A stretch of DNA of 48,156 nt, filler included, from Sphacelaria rigidula (taxonomy: Eukaryota): the NCBI GenBank assembly GCA_964200075.2. It is 2 parts of 2 records of this genome, joined end to end, with 100 filler letters (N's around TTAATTAATTAA, not from the genome) between each part and the next. Parts side by side here need not be neighbours in the genome. Positions count along the whole stretch, not along the records: positions 1 to 24,032 come from CAXNAA020000229.1; 1 more part is not named here. One strand, written 5' to 3'. Below the pieces are notes generated by a model, which did no database searches, was not told the origin of the DNA, and saw only the letters and a program-made list of their open reading frames with translations. Of the stretch, positions 10,701 through 22,922 are shown one piece after another. Numbering within the stretch: the first letter of the stretch is position 1; every line of letters begins with the position of its first letter. A program made the translations under genes and the position numbers.

Positions 10701-12807
10701 TCAGGGAACACGCGCGTACTCTTGTCTTGGCTCAAAACCGATCAGTGGTTCTTCTGCACGCCTTTCCATCCGTACTGATGTTCAACACCCGTGTGCTTGT
10801 GTAAAAAGGCGTACTGTGGTACTCTAAAACGGTAGTTCCGAAATCCAAACTGGCCATGGGCATTTTTGGGCGATCTGCGCTGGGGCTGCGGCCGGGGGTT
10901 GACCCTGCATTTCAAACCCTCGGACCGTTGGGTTGGACGCTGAACGAGCATACTCTCTCGGGGGGTCTGAGTTGATTTTTGAGAGGCACTGCCTTCATAG
11001 AAAAAGTTGCTGCCACGCATATGATTCCCGCCAAAACAGTTCGTGCTCAACCTGCGGCCACTACAGTATTGCCGTCCCAGCGCAGCAGCAGAAGCGAACT
11101 TCGCGCCAGCCGTTGTCGAGGCCATGCCTGTATCAAGATATCAGCAGACACAGCCGAATGATCCATGAAGACACACACACGCACACACACACATCGTGGG
11201 CCTTCCTCTTTCAACAATGGCAACGGCTGCTGCGTGTCTACCGCCTTTTTCGTATTTTGCAACATTCCTGCCAAGCGACCATATCCACTTAGCGTCCATC
11301 TACGCCGGAATGAACCATTGCCCAAAATCTCGTGGGACTCTCAGCGAACAAGATTATATGGTTGAAAGAGTGGAGGCTTGAAGCGCTAGCCTATGCACTC
11401 ACATGAACAGTGTTTCAACGTCCGTTGGTTGGGATCAGCAGTAGCCATTATAGCGTCACCGGTACTCATATCATTGGAACGCTCCCTCTCGAAATCGACC
11501 CTTCATGTGTAAGATAATGGGCCACATCGGTGTATATGTGTACTTGTTCGTAGTCTATGATTTGCGCCTCGTAGATTCTAGGTTGGGTTGAGTAAAAAAA
11601 TCAAGGGAATAGGCCGAAGCCACCCCCATTGGGCAATCACAACGCTTTCTTCCCACGCTCACACATGATCAATGAGTTTTCCGTTTTTCTTAGAGGATAG
11701 GGTTGGGCTTGCCATTTTGATTGGTTTTCCACCAGTCAGCACCTTCAAGTCATAAAAAGCTGTGTGGTCGTTGTGAGACCTAGTTCACGTAGAGCTTGGG
11801 AGCCAAGTCACTCGACGAAGCATTTGACAAAATATCAAACCCTGGCTTTTCTGTGACCGCATGGTTGGCGTTATTCTGTTCCACTCTATTCCTCGAACGA
11901 ATGAGAACGATGAACACCAAAGATACAGCCTCATACACTGTAAATACTGCAACAACCATCGCATTCGAGTGTGTGATAAACCCCTGCCTGGCTGCTACCG
12001 AAAGACAGGCATAAAACATGCAGGACGTGGTTATGGTTCCACAAACGCAACGGTTCACATTCCGAAGATGACTTTTATCAGGGCATTACCCTAGGACCCT
12101 GTTTCCTCCTATGGGGTCGTCAACTGTGACTTCGCTGTGCTGGTTGCGCCGGAAATCTCCAGCAAGATCAGCAGAATCGCCGCTCACCAGACCAGTTGAA
12201 TTCATGCTTCGAATGTCAGCGGCACAGCTTGTCCAACAGCCAATGTTACGACCAGGACTTCAAAAACGCCTGTCACACTCGATAGGTGCACAGCACGTAT
12301 GGATGAATAGCCAAGACGACAAGTAGGGTGTCTGCGATAAATTTTGTGCTTGCGGGAGGCAGCCAAGTATTTGACGAAAGCAGCTTTTTCGGCACTTGTT
12401 TTCTGGCTGTGCTGTTGACGTAGAAGCAGTAACACCGCAGCTGCTTTGTGATCGAGGCTATTGCACAATCAGTGTACACACGGGTCGACGACACTGCGCC
12501 AACAGCGCGAGTTCGTGGCCGGCTCGGTCGAAGGTGAAACTCAGTCGCGACGCCAGTGTGGGCACAGCGCGGCAATACTGTCTGTGCACAACAACACATG
12601 GAGTGCATAGTGATGCGAATAGGCACCGCAAGTATACTGTAAGCGCCGCCGTTGTTGATGATCATATATATAACCGTGCTTGAATATTCATGGGTTGACC
12701 GGTAATCCAGATTTTGATAAAGCGATAGCTAAATGATGCTATTGTCCACGTATATTTTAATGTGTCATGCTGACGATGACGGCACTTCCCGACGCTATCA
12801 TGAGCAG

Positions 12808-13037
12808 GTGCCACAGTGGTAAGCGTGAGCCGCAGCGGCTCGAAGCCGACAAAGTGGGCGGATGGACAAAGCTGGGTCGAGCGTGTGTCGTGGACGAAAG
12901 GCGACCCTTCAACGATGGACCTTAGCAGTGTCTTCTCAGGTGCCACAGCGGTAATATCTTGCGTGGGTGTGATCGGAGGTAGCGACGAGGACATGGAGAA
13001 AGGAAACGGCGATGTCAATGTAGCGGCGGCTGCGCAG
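12808..13037 (+). CDS. Internal exon of atypical SDR / NAD(P)-binding Rossmann protein (At1g32220-like)
   Basis: GCAG| acceptor and CAG|GTGGGT donor. Reads (G)ATVVSVSRSG...WVERVSWTKGD...AVISCVGVIGGSDEDMEKGNGDVNVAAAAQ, typical of the extended/atypical SDR N-terminal half. Confidence 0.85.
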
Positions 13038-13639
13038 GTGGGTACGTACTGTTAGTATGACGATTGCTGCTCCCTGTCACTAAATGAAGTGGCATGAGTA
13101 ATGTTCCGTGCTATTTTTGTTTACTCTCCTTCCTTGTTTCTTCAATCACCATTGCCAACTTGATGGTCAGCACATGAAACGTGGAGGAAGATTGACGACT
13201 ATGATACTCTTTTTGACCCGGGTGGGCTGAGCGTGGCGGACCTGTGCCGTTGTATATATGTTGTAGTTTGCAGTCAAATGCAGGTATTCGTCGAATTTCA
13301 CTTTTGGGAAGGGTCAACAAGTAGTGCTACTGGCATCATCAGTGTATCCGTGATCGCTGCAGGGGGGCGTGGTAAATACATTGAGTTGCGTACACATCAA
13401 GGTGGCATGTGTAGGCTAATTCCAGTTTTTTTTGTAGTAGTAGTAGTCTTTGTCGTTTCAGCAATTATTATTGTTTGAATTTGAAGATGATTCGAGTGTA
13501 GCGTCATGTGAGGTTTGTACATCGGGAGCGAAGCTTACAGTATTCACCGCCGAGATAATTGAATCGATCAGATGAACAAGAGTATCATCCCGCACAGTAG
13601 GATATTTGGCAGGAAAGTGATGATATCATGTTTTGATAG

Positions 13640-14590
13640 ATCGCGGGAGCCCTGCCTAGACAACCGACGAACGACTTCCGAAGCGACTGGCATTCGAAAC
13701 AGTCCTGGGGTGTAGTCATAAGACCATTGAACCAGTCCTGGGGGGGGGGGATCCAGGACCAGGGTGCCCGGAGCAAAACTGGCTGGAGTGTCTGAGAGAC
13801 GATCTCCAAGCTTTAGGAGCCACGAACCGCTTTACGGACGACAATATTCTGAGTTGAAAATGTCCTCTGGCCCCCAGCAGCGAAGAAGGAAGGAGGGACA
13901 CTGGGGCACGCGGGGGTGCTGCAGGGAGCGGAGAGATTTGTGTTCTCGTGGCACAAGAACGAGGACGAGGCCAGTCAAATACTTGCGATTAAACGGAATC
14001 TTCGAGGAGGGCAGGAAGTAGATGGAAGAACGTGTAGCCAGCTTGTACCGAAACTGTACATGGCGGAGGTGGCAGGACTCGTCATCATCTCTTCATGTCT
14101 TTTTCTTCCCTACTAACTGTTGCCTTCCATGTACCCCTCCCCCGAGGTGGATTGTTGATATGTGGTGCTTTTCTTGTTATGGCTAGCATATTCGTACACA
14201 CGGCTGTCCCTCTAGAGGTACAAGGATAGAACCCTGTGATTCTTGTCGCTGTGGTTGGTGTTCTTGGTTTCTGAGTTCGGCTCCATTTCTGTTTGGCCTC
14301 GCGTACTGAGCTGACAATTGGGCCCTGCCTCCAGTAGATCGAGTGGTCGCATACGGCGCCGGAACTTCTGAGGTTGTCAGTATTTTCACTCTTCTTTCTG
14401 TTTATTTTTTGTATCGCGTCTGTGTGAATTTTTGTGGGTCCGATTTTATTTTTCGATTTCCTTATACTGTACCTTGTTTGGGTGGTTAGCCTGTGACCAC
14501 TCCACCTTAGATGCCCTGTACAGAGTACTGCGTAGATATCGAAATGTTTTTTCTGTGTGAAGACAGCAACAATAACAAGACAAACAAACC
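13640..14590 (+). mobile_element. 3' remnant of RTE-like non-LTR retrotransposon (LINE)
   Basis: Frameshifted translation AGALPRQ/DERLPKRLAFE...WLECLRDDL matches the RTE ORF2 C-terminal pattern (RLPK...W.d.i..DL). Followed by a long 3' UTR ending TGTGAAGAC and a degenerate CAA-rich tail. Confidence 0.7.
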
Positions 14591-15140
14591 ATCGCGATAT
14601 CGGAAGAAGGTAGGCAGCTGCCAGTACAGAGCAGTAAGCAGGCATTACGAATATTCCAGTTTTACAGAGGAGCAGGCAATTTTGTTCATTCCGTCGCTAT
14701 TCGCGCGATACTGTGCACCTCTTCTCTTTCCGTTTTGGCGGTGGAGCTAAGCTGCTTCGCTAGACGTGCGACAAGCGATTTTCGACTTGTTGCTGGCGAG
14801 GATACTTGATCAACCATCTCGGTCACCCATGGTCAGTTTTCGGTGATGAAGTGCCATGCTCGGGCACCTGTATCTCCATGAGCCCGAGCCTTTGCGGGGC
14901 GTGGTATCCCATCACTTGCTGGATAACAACTGAGAGGAGGATGTCATTTTCCGGATATCACCCCTCCTCCCCCCCCAAAAAAAAACGAGAAGAAAATGAA
15001 GAAACACACCGGTTTTCAACTTTCGGGGTCTTGGGGTGTTGGAAAAAGTGCATGAGTTTCCTTGCTTGTAATACAAAACCAAAACTGGCATGCACGTCCT
15101 ACAGTCAATGCCGCTAATATTCTAATTACGCTCTCCTTTC

Positions 15141-15141
15141 G

Positions 15142-15220
<79 letters not shown>
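15141..15220. repeat. (GTT)n microsatellite, about 27 units
   Basis: Perfect trinucleotide run forming the 3' tail of the minus-strand LINE. Confidence 0.98.
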
Positions 15221-15880
15221 CTTCACATGAAAGACCGTTCCGATATTTGGGTATCACTCTGTACTGGGTATCTGATGCGGACGCCTTCCGTGGCCACAGG
15301 CTAACTACCCCAAGTTAGGGTAAAAGAGAAATTATAAATTAAAGCCGGACGCAGAAACAATTCACACAGACGCGATACGAAATAAAAAAATGAAATAAAA
15401 AAAGTACGAGGAAAGAAGAAAAAGAGGAAGGAAAAAGGAATACTGCTAGCCCTCTAAGTTCCGTTGCCGTGTGCGACCATTCGGGCTAGTGGAGGCACGG
15501 CTCATTGGTCCGCTCAACACGCGAGGTGAAGCACGACGGGAGCCAAACTCGAGAGCCACGATCACCGGCCAAAGCGATACGAGTCGTACGGTCCCATCCT
15601 TGTACCTCTTGGACCGACTATGCGTAGGAATGTACTAGGCATAACAGGAAAAGTACTACATGGTAACAGGCACCACCTCGGGGGGGAGGAGTGCATAGGA
15701 GTCATCAGTTCGTAGGAAAAAGAATACAGGGATGGATGTTGGGGGGTCCTTGCCCCTTCCGCCATGTTGAGTTCGGTACAAGCTTGCTACGCGCTCTTCC
15801 ATCTCCTCCCTCCTGTCTTGAAAGCTCCAGTTTAATCGCACGTAGTCGGCTGGCCTCTTCCTCGATCTTGTTGAATTGAA
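15141..15880 (-). mobile_element. Second copy of the same LINE 3' end, inverted, with (CAA)n tail
   Basis: Reverse complement aligns with ~13960-14575 (e.g. GCGATTAAAC, AGCTTGTACCGAA, CCCCCGAGGTGG, TATCGCGTCTGTGTGAAT, TGTGAAGAC) and ends in the microsatellite. Confidence 0.8.
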
Positions 15881-17049
15881 TTATTCTGTGCCCGAATTTT
15901 CCCTGTAGCGATCAGGTCGACTCTCCGCTCGCTTGCGCGTGGTTAGTTGGAGAGCATGTATGTTCTGCCCAGCCAGTGTTTCTGTTTCCTCGCTCACCTC
16001 GCTTTCCTGCCTGTCGTGCTGCTATGGATCTTCCGGGAAACATGAACGAACCCATCAGTATACGCAACTTTCTTGAATCCCGTACAAAGAAGGAAATTCC
16101 TTACGAGTACGCTTTTTCTCGTTCGATTGGGTAATAATGTACAGTGTGTGCATTTGCGCAAAGCCTTCTCCACCTGAAGCCATGCTGCAGAGGCTGACCA
16201 TTTTTGTTTTGTTTTGTCCATGTTTCGTTCGTTCGTCTATTTGTTTTCTCGCTTGTTTGGTTGTTTTTCAGTCTACTCTGTTTGCTTCACCTTTCTGTTT
16301 TGTTCACTTTCCTTCAGCTAATGTCCCCGTTTTGTTTCATCTCGGGTACTCTACTTGCATCATGTGAATGATGACCACGACTGGATCATGACTCCTGGGG
16401 GAGCAGTGAATGTGCGACAATCAACCAATCAAATCGATCAATCAATCGATCGAACATGCATGTGTGTGCTGCCCGAGCAAGGGAATACGTTTACACATCG
16501 GACGAGTCACTTTTCATTGGACGCAGGTCATACAGCTTGAGTGTGAATACACCTGTGTACCCGATTCGAATGATACAGTGCAACTAGTTATGGAACGGTC
16601 CTCGTGTTCCGGGTATCATCGATCAGGAGGGAGGTATCTTCTACGAGTTACATGAAAACACAGATCCTTCTTGACGTTTCGTATACACCTGATTTGGATT
16701 ACATAGATGTGCCCAAGGAAGTGATGTACGGATAAATAGAGTTTACAAATCACTCGTGGCAGGTTCGTACGGATACTCGGGTCATACAGATCATCAGACA
16801 TATATGTACGAATCATACGGGTCATACAGGTCAGTCATCACGCCATTTGTGCAGAGCAACCGGGTTAGATAGGTCACCACGCGAGAAATGTGTGTATATA
16901 TTGAACAGGTGATACGGATATAGATCAATTTCAGATCGCAAAGGTCATACGCCTGATCGTCGAGCAGGCTTGTGGGACATAACCTTGCTTCATCGCCGGC
17001 AATGTACATGTCGATGACTCCTCTCGGGAAATTTTCGTCCGATGTTGGC

Positions 17050-19897
17050 CGAACAAATTTTCGTCCGCCTAGCTGAGCCCGATGAACCTGCGGTTTACCC
17101 TTTTCGACGGTTTTCAACGCCGGTGTATGCCCTCGACCGTCAGGGTCCAAAAACTGGTATGCACATGGGAGGACCTCACCCTCCACCGTATGACGTCGTC
17201 TTGGGTGGGTTAAAGCCCACAACCTCCGATTTTGTCGATTTCTGCACTTTTGGTCCTCGCGCGAATTTTTTCACGTCGCCACCTTCGGTTATCCACCAAA
17301 TATCCGACAACACTCGCTCTCGGCCTGCCGCCGCACTACCCCCCCGAGTGCCCCGTCGCCACCGATAACACCTACAAGTTCCACGAGCCGCGCAGCACCG
17401 ACCTCACAAACCCGCACGCAACGCTCCGCCACGACTACTAGCGCGCAACACACGCCGCGGACAATCTTCGCCGCGCACTGCCACAACACCGCCGTCAATA
17501 ACGGCGCCACCAACACCTACCCCTCCCGAGCACGGCGTGGACAACTCGGCTCCTGCTCCCGAGGCAGATACTGACGTCGGCATTTCTGCCCCGTCGCCTA
17601 TTTCCCCGCTGCCTACCCCACCATGTTTGGTCGGCTATCCAGAGGAAGGCCAACAGCGCGAGTTTCTCGCCAGCTACTCCCACCGCGATTGGGCTCGCGA
17701 ACAAAACGTCGAACCTTTATGCCGCGCAGCTATTCGGTACTTACAGCTTGACTGTCCAGTCCCTTTTCCACCCGCCCTTCTGGCCCCGGTTGGCACACTG
17801 CTACCACCAGATATCTCTGAGGTATCCAAACTCGTGCGTAAAGGCACTATTTTCACTACGGATGATGGCGTACAACTACTCGTACGTCGCCCCACGCCTT
17901 TGACGGGCGAACTTTCCGTCTCGACCACGGGACGCCACGTACGTCTACTCGATGGCAAACCAATACGCATATATGTTCCATTATTCATGCGCCCCTGGGT
18001 CATGAAAGGCTGCCACACAGACTTGTCGTGTCACCTTGGCGTCACTCGCACCCCAGCGCTCCTTGAACGCTTATACTGGTGGGATGGCATGGAAACCTCC
18101 CCTCACCTCTGGATTCGGCGACAGTACGTTGGCCCGTCATTTCTATGGGACTCCCAAACGCCCCGGGCCACCCTGTGTCTTTTGACTACTTCGGCCCTCT
18201 ACCGACCACAGGTCGCGGTAACACCTACATCTTACTCTTCACTGACCGCTTCAGCCGCCACGCGTCCATGTACGCAGTAACCGCTGGGGATTTCACTGCC
18301 GTCGGAACGGCCGATATGTTGGTCTACGACTACATGAAGCACTACGGTTGTCCGACGTCGGAACGGCCGATGCGTTGGTTTACGACTACATTAAGCACTA
18401 CAGTTGTCCGAAACGACTCCTTTCAGACATTGGTCAACGATTTTGCTCAGGTCTCTCTGATAAGCTTTACAAGCTCCTGGGCATCCGCAAGATTGCCACG
18501 AGCACCCACGACCCGAATGGTAACGGTGGTACCGAGAGGGTTTACCACGCCATGGCCCAGATACTGTCTATGGTCGTCAATGACCACCAAAATGACTGGG
18601 ACCTACTTTTCTCGCACATCATGTTGCCCTTCAGCAACTCGGTTAACGCCGCCATAGTTCTTTCCCCGAACGAACTCTATCTTGAACGTTACCCTCGGCT
18701 GCCCATCACCGTGTTTGAGCGACACACGTTCGATGGCCACCAAGGATTGGATTAGGATCAGATATCCTATCACGAACTAGCACTTTCACGACAGCGCAAA
18801 GCGTTCACCCTCGTGCGCGAACAACACGCTATCAACGTCTCACGCCTTGAGAGATCTGACACTGCCCTCTACAACCTCATGCACAAACGATCCATCAGGA
18901 AAGTTGCTAATTGGGTTTGGATCTACAACAGCTTGTCGACCATCCGTCAAGGCACCAGCAAGGCGGCCAACGAAATAGTTTTCAAGACGAAAATGTCTCT
19001 CAATTGGACAGGACCATTCAAGATCCTGACAGTCGGACCATCGCCATTATCAACGGATGATAAACCCGTTGGTGACAAACGGCTCTATTTCGATCTGCCT
19101 CGCGACCCTCAGGGCAAAGACACCAAACCCCGCGTCTCCGTGCACAGGTGTAAACCCTGCACGAACCCGCATGATACAAGCGACATGCCCAAGTACCCAC
19201 CTGCCGGACTCACACAGTACGTTCTCAACAGCTACTCGACCAAGTTCCTGCCCTATCACGTTACAACCGACGACGTGACGAAACAGCCCCTCCGATTGAC
19301 CGTGTCCACCGTCTCCAGTCACCAGATTACTTGTGGTCGAGGTGGCAAAAATGCTGTCATGTGTAAGACCCACTGGCAAGGTCTTCGGAGAGCGTCTTGG
19401 GAACGCGAATCCGACCTTCAATTGCACCGCCGTGCGATCCTCCTGTACTGGACACCATCCCAAGATCAGCATCTTGCTCAAAACAAGAAATATCGCAACA
19501 TGCGTCGTGGTGCAGCAGCCCGCGAACTTCACCGCGATCGAGGACTACGCTTTGCCGACGATGGCTACGAACTTGTACTCACCAAGACTTGTGAGGCAAG
19601 TTCTTCGCAAACCAGCGAATACTACCCAAGGGCACCTACCTGTGCTTCAAAGGCAGTGACAACCTCTGGTGGTTGGGCCAGACCCACTCCGCTAACCTCG
19701 TTTCTGCCGACAAATACATCGTGCGCTTCCTCGATGACCCTGGACCCATAGGGCTCAAGGTCCGGCTAGCACTATGCACCACCAGCCCATCTGCACCACG
19801 CGGATCGTGGTGCCTTCAGCGATTCAAACCCAAAAGACCTCGCCGCGGCATTCAGCGCAACATCGACCACACCCACAATGTCCACGCACCGCTTTGA
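17050..19897 (+). pseudogene. pol: 5'-truncated Gypsy pol (RH-IN linker, integrase, chromodomain, Tudor-like tail)
   Basis: IYVPLFMRPWVMKGCH..CHLGV, FDYFGPLP, LFTDRFSR, LLSDIG, GNGGTER, WTGPF, then VSSHQ...KTHWQGLRRASWERESDL. Collinear with the minus-strand element, frameshifted, and located inside the SDR intron. Confidence 0.92.
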
Positions 19898-20684
19898 ACC
19901 ACGTCCTTCACTGCCACGTTTCTTCCCTATATATTATTTTCCCCTCCCCTTTTCGCTATTAATAGGGCCAGCCTTTACGAAATCCACGAAAAGACCACCT
20001 ACACCGGACCACGATCGGATACTGTAAGGAGTCGCTCATCATCTACGAATACTGGAGCTCTAGTACCCTCCTTTTGGCTGGCGCTGGATCTCATTGGATT
20101 TCCGATTTTCTGATCTTGTTTCTTCTTGCTTCCGACCAACATGCGTTGGTCGCATGTCACTGATTTTGTCGTTTTCCCTTTGGAATCCCCCAGGTAGAAG
20201 CTCTGCCCCCTGTTGTACCTTCCTGGTTTCCCCCTTCGTTTTGCTAGGACGCCGAAGCAATTTGTGCTCCTTCTTTGGTGGCTAGCACGCGGAAGCAGTT
20301 TGTCCTCCCGCCTTTTGAAGCACTTTTTTCTGCTCCTCGAAGCAGAAGATGCCTCCCTTATTTTTGAGGTGTGGGAGTGGGCCTCCACATGATTATTATA
20401 TTCGTCACATTAGCCCGATCTACAGCACCCGTAGTCACAAGAGTGCAAGGAGCATATCACCCATACCCCCACGTATCGAACAGCCCGCAGAGGAAGGCAA
20501 GAAACGAAACATCTACACGAAAGAGGGCACCCACACTACGAAAAAAGGCACCCGCACCTTGTCGCCTCCTTGGGCGTGCTTTATTAGCCGCTCACGACTT
20601 GACGAGTAAAGGAAAACCTTAGTTTTCGCTGCTTTTGAGGATGCATCCTCGCAGCTGTAATAATGGTTCGTCTATATGGGATAG

Positions 20685-21234
20685 TGTCATGAGGAGCGTA
20701 TTAGCCTGCTGTCATGCCGCCTCAGATCCGTCGATGGGTCCGGCTATATATTGCATCTCAGGCTATTTCAAGACTGCAGGTCTGTTCAGAGTTGGTCAGA
20801 TACGAGTATGAACTACTCGTATATAGCAGGGATGGTAACGTGGGTGACCGCACTTGGTGTTCACTACTTCACATTCGCGAGCGAAGTCAAACATCACGGT
20901 GAGACTGATTGATTGAACATGAGGGGTTGGATACGAAGAAGATCTAACATCAAGTAATCAAGAAGAGATACTATCATACCTACGCGCAAACATTCTGATA
21001 CTTTTGGACACATGGATACGAGGGCGGTGCCCAGCATTGTGAATACACTGCCGGGTGCTTTTGCCTACAGCTCGGTTATCAGCCTATTGTCTGCCCCCCT
21101 TCCCTTGCCCAGTGAGGCGTTCTTGCCATACATCCGGCACAACCCCATTACAGCACGCTTTGGAACTCCGAAATGTCGGGCCTCGTCGAGGCTTGAACAA
21201 AATACCCTCAACAACTCAAGACAATTTTGTGACA
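20685..21234 (+). repeat. Candidate 3' LTR of the plus-strand Gypsy remnant (550 bp)
   Basis: TGTCA...TGACA inverted termini. Preceded by ATGGGATAG, similar to the GATGGGCTAA before the other element's 3' LTR. Distal CCCCATTACAGC...TTGGAA resembles the U5 end of the other LTR. No partner LTR in the window. Confidence 0.5.
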
Positions 21235-22120
21235 ACGGAATGGGGAGTTTTTTCTATCCTATGCTTCTCTGTGCTGTAGGTCTGCTTCTGTTTGCCCGGA
21301 TCCTTGAGGGTGTCTGGTTCTTACTCGTTTTTTTAATTGCATGCTGAAGAGTTTTGGTGTTTGAAATCCATTCTTGTTTCGACAGTTGCCGCTTGCCCGT
21401 GTGCCGCCGAACGACCGCTAAAATTAACAACCGGTCCGAAAATGGTAGTGTTACACCCATTTTTCCAGGGGCAAAAGCAGAGAAAATAATCATGTTCTCC
21501 GTCACTTGATGCTCGCAAGTCAAACAAGACTTGAAACACATTTTTCGTAGAAACCAAAATGGGGTACACTGTAACTCATTTTCTTCTACGAAAAACAACA
21601 AAGTTTCTGCAAAAATGTTGTCTGCGTTGTGCCTCTTTAATGAACCGGACTGCAGCATAGTCACTGAGACCGTCATACCCAATCGCCCAAATAACATAAC
21701 CAAGCTCCATGAGACAGAGACATACAGTAGCTTCAGCCTCAACAGCAGTCGGACGCAGTGACATTTTGTTACCACCAACCGGGAATTTGTTTGTCACGAG
21801 CAACATATATCCTGGATGTAACCATGAATTTCTGCTGATATCTCTGACTGTTTCCCGCACAGGTTTGCCTCTGCGTTTTGTTGGTGCTTTCACCAGCAAC
21901 ATCATTCCCAGTGATAACCCGACAAACCAAAGCTCAGCAAAATGTCTCCGACATCTCCAAACTTTGAAGAATGTCGCACCTCGAATTGAAAATACGTAAA
22001 GTGCGGTGATATCTGGATACGCCAGGCTCACGAAAGTGTCCCTTCAGGGGCAAATCTTTGACAGCGTTCGGTATGTCGTCTTGTTCACGTACGCGGTGTA
22101 TTTTGTGCATCCCGCTGCAG

Positions 22121-22206
22121 GCTTCAAAAGCTAAGGCTGGACGATTCGTGTACGTGTCCGTGTCTCACCTGGTACCGGAAGCGTTCGGAGGGGCTGCTTT
22201 TCAAGG
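22121..22206 (+). CDS. Internal exon of SDR gene
   Basis: CTGCAG| acceptor, phase 0 matching the previous exon. Reads ASKAKAGRFVYVSVSHLVPEAFGGAAFQ(G), with the RFVYVS motif. Donor GG|GTACGT. Confidence 0.85.
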
Positions 22207-22711
22207 GTACGTTATGCCGTCTGTTCCGTTTAGGGGTCACAGTCGTACCCGCTGTGTATCACGAGTAGCGGGACTACGATGTACTGAAACGAAACGTAGG
22301 GCAACTGAGTGAACATTCGATGAAGCAAAAACGCTAGCTGACCCAGAAGATCTGCGAGCCTTTTGCGACGCAGTCCCTTCAAGTGTTACGGGACAGCACT
22401 TTTGACCCTTTTCATGTTGGCGTAGTAATGGGTGGTAGGTATGGCGCTGGGATGTTCGCTAGGCCTTGGAATAGGAGACGTACGGGAGTTTTCAGGAGGT
22501 GCCGTGCACTCTCCATCGAGACAGCAGCTTCTTGCGCGCCTCAACAGGATGAAGCACAAATAATCAACATCATATATTCTTTCTTTCATCAGCCCCTTCG
22601 TGGCACTAATGTACAGCATGTGCCGTTACACCCGAGTTTCTGGAAGACCTGTGTCGTGGCGACGTTGCCGATAAATGCGTGCCCTGTCCTGTACCACACG
22701 TCTTTCGCCAG

Positions 22712-22922
22712 ATACTTTGACGGCAAGAAGCGAGCGGAAGAGGCGATCGCAAAATCCTTCCCGTCTTCGAGAGTATTGATCAAGCCTACTTTCATCTACG
22801 GCGGGGACTCGTTCGGGCTCACCCCTCCCCGGGTGTCTGACGGGTACGGCTCTGGAATCGATTCGCTGCTGTCCAGCGGCCCCATTCGAGCTATCGCTGG
22901 TATCTCTCCTGGTCTCATCAAG
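22712..22922 (+). CDS. Internal exon of SDR gene (YxxxK region)
   Basis: TTTCGCCAG| acceptor, phase 2. Reads YFDGKKRAEEAI...LIKPTFIYGG...PPRV...PGLIK. Donor AAG|GTATGT. The last exon was not found before the assembly gap. Confidence 0.85.

Noticed and set aside
11780-12325. Minus-strand exon-like segments (hydrophobic VVAVFTVYEAVSLVFIVLI after an acceptor-like site near 11997)
   Set aside because: The upstream segment has stops in all frames and no family is recognisable. It could be a pseudogene relic, but I cannot support it.
15062-15304. Poly-cysteine ORF
   Set aside because: It is the translation of the (GTT)n LINE tail.
16690-16960. Loose GATCATACAGATC-like repeats
   Set aside because: Too degenerate to define a unit or boundaries; probably an old low-complexity repeat.
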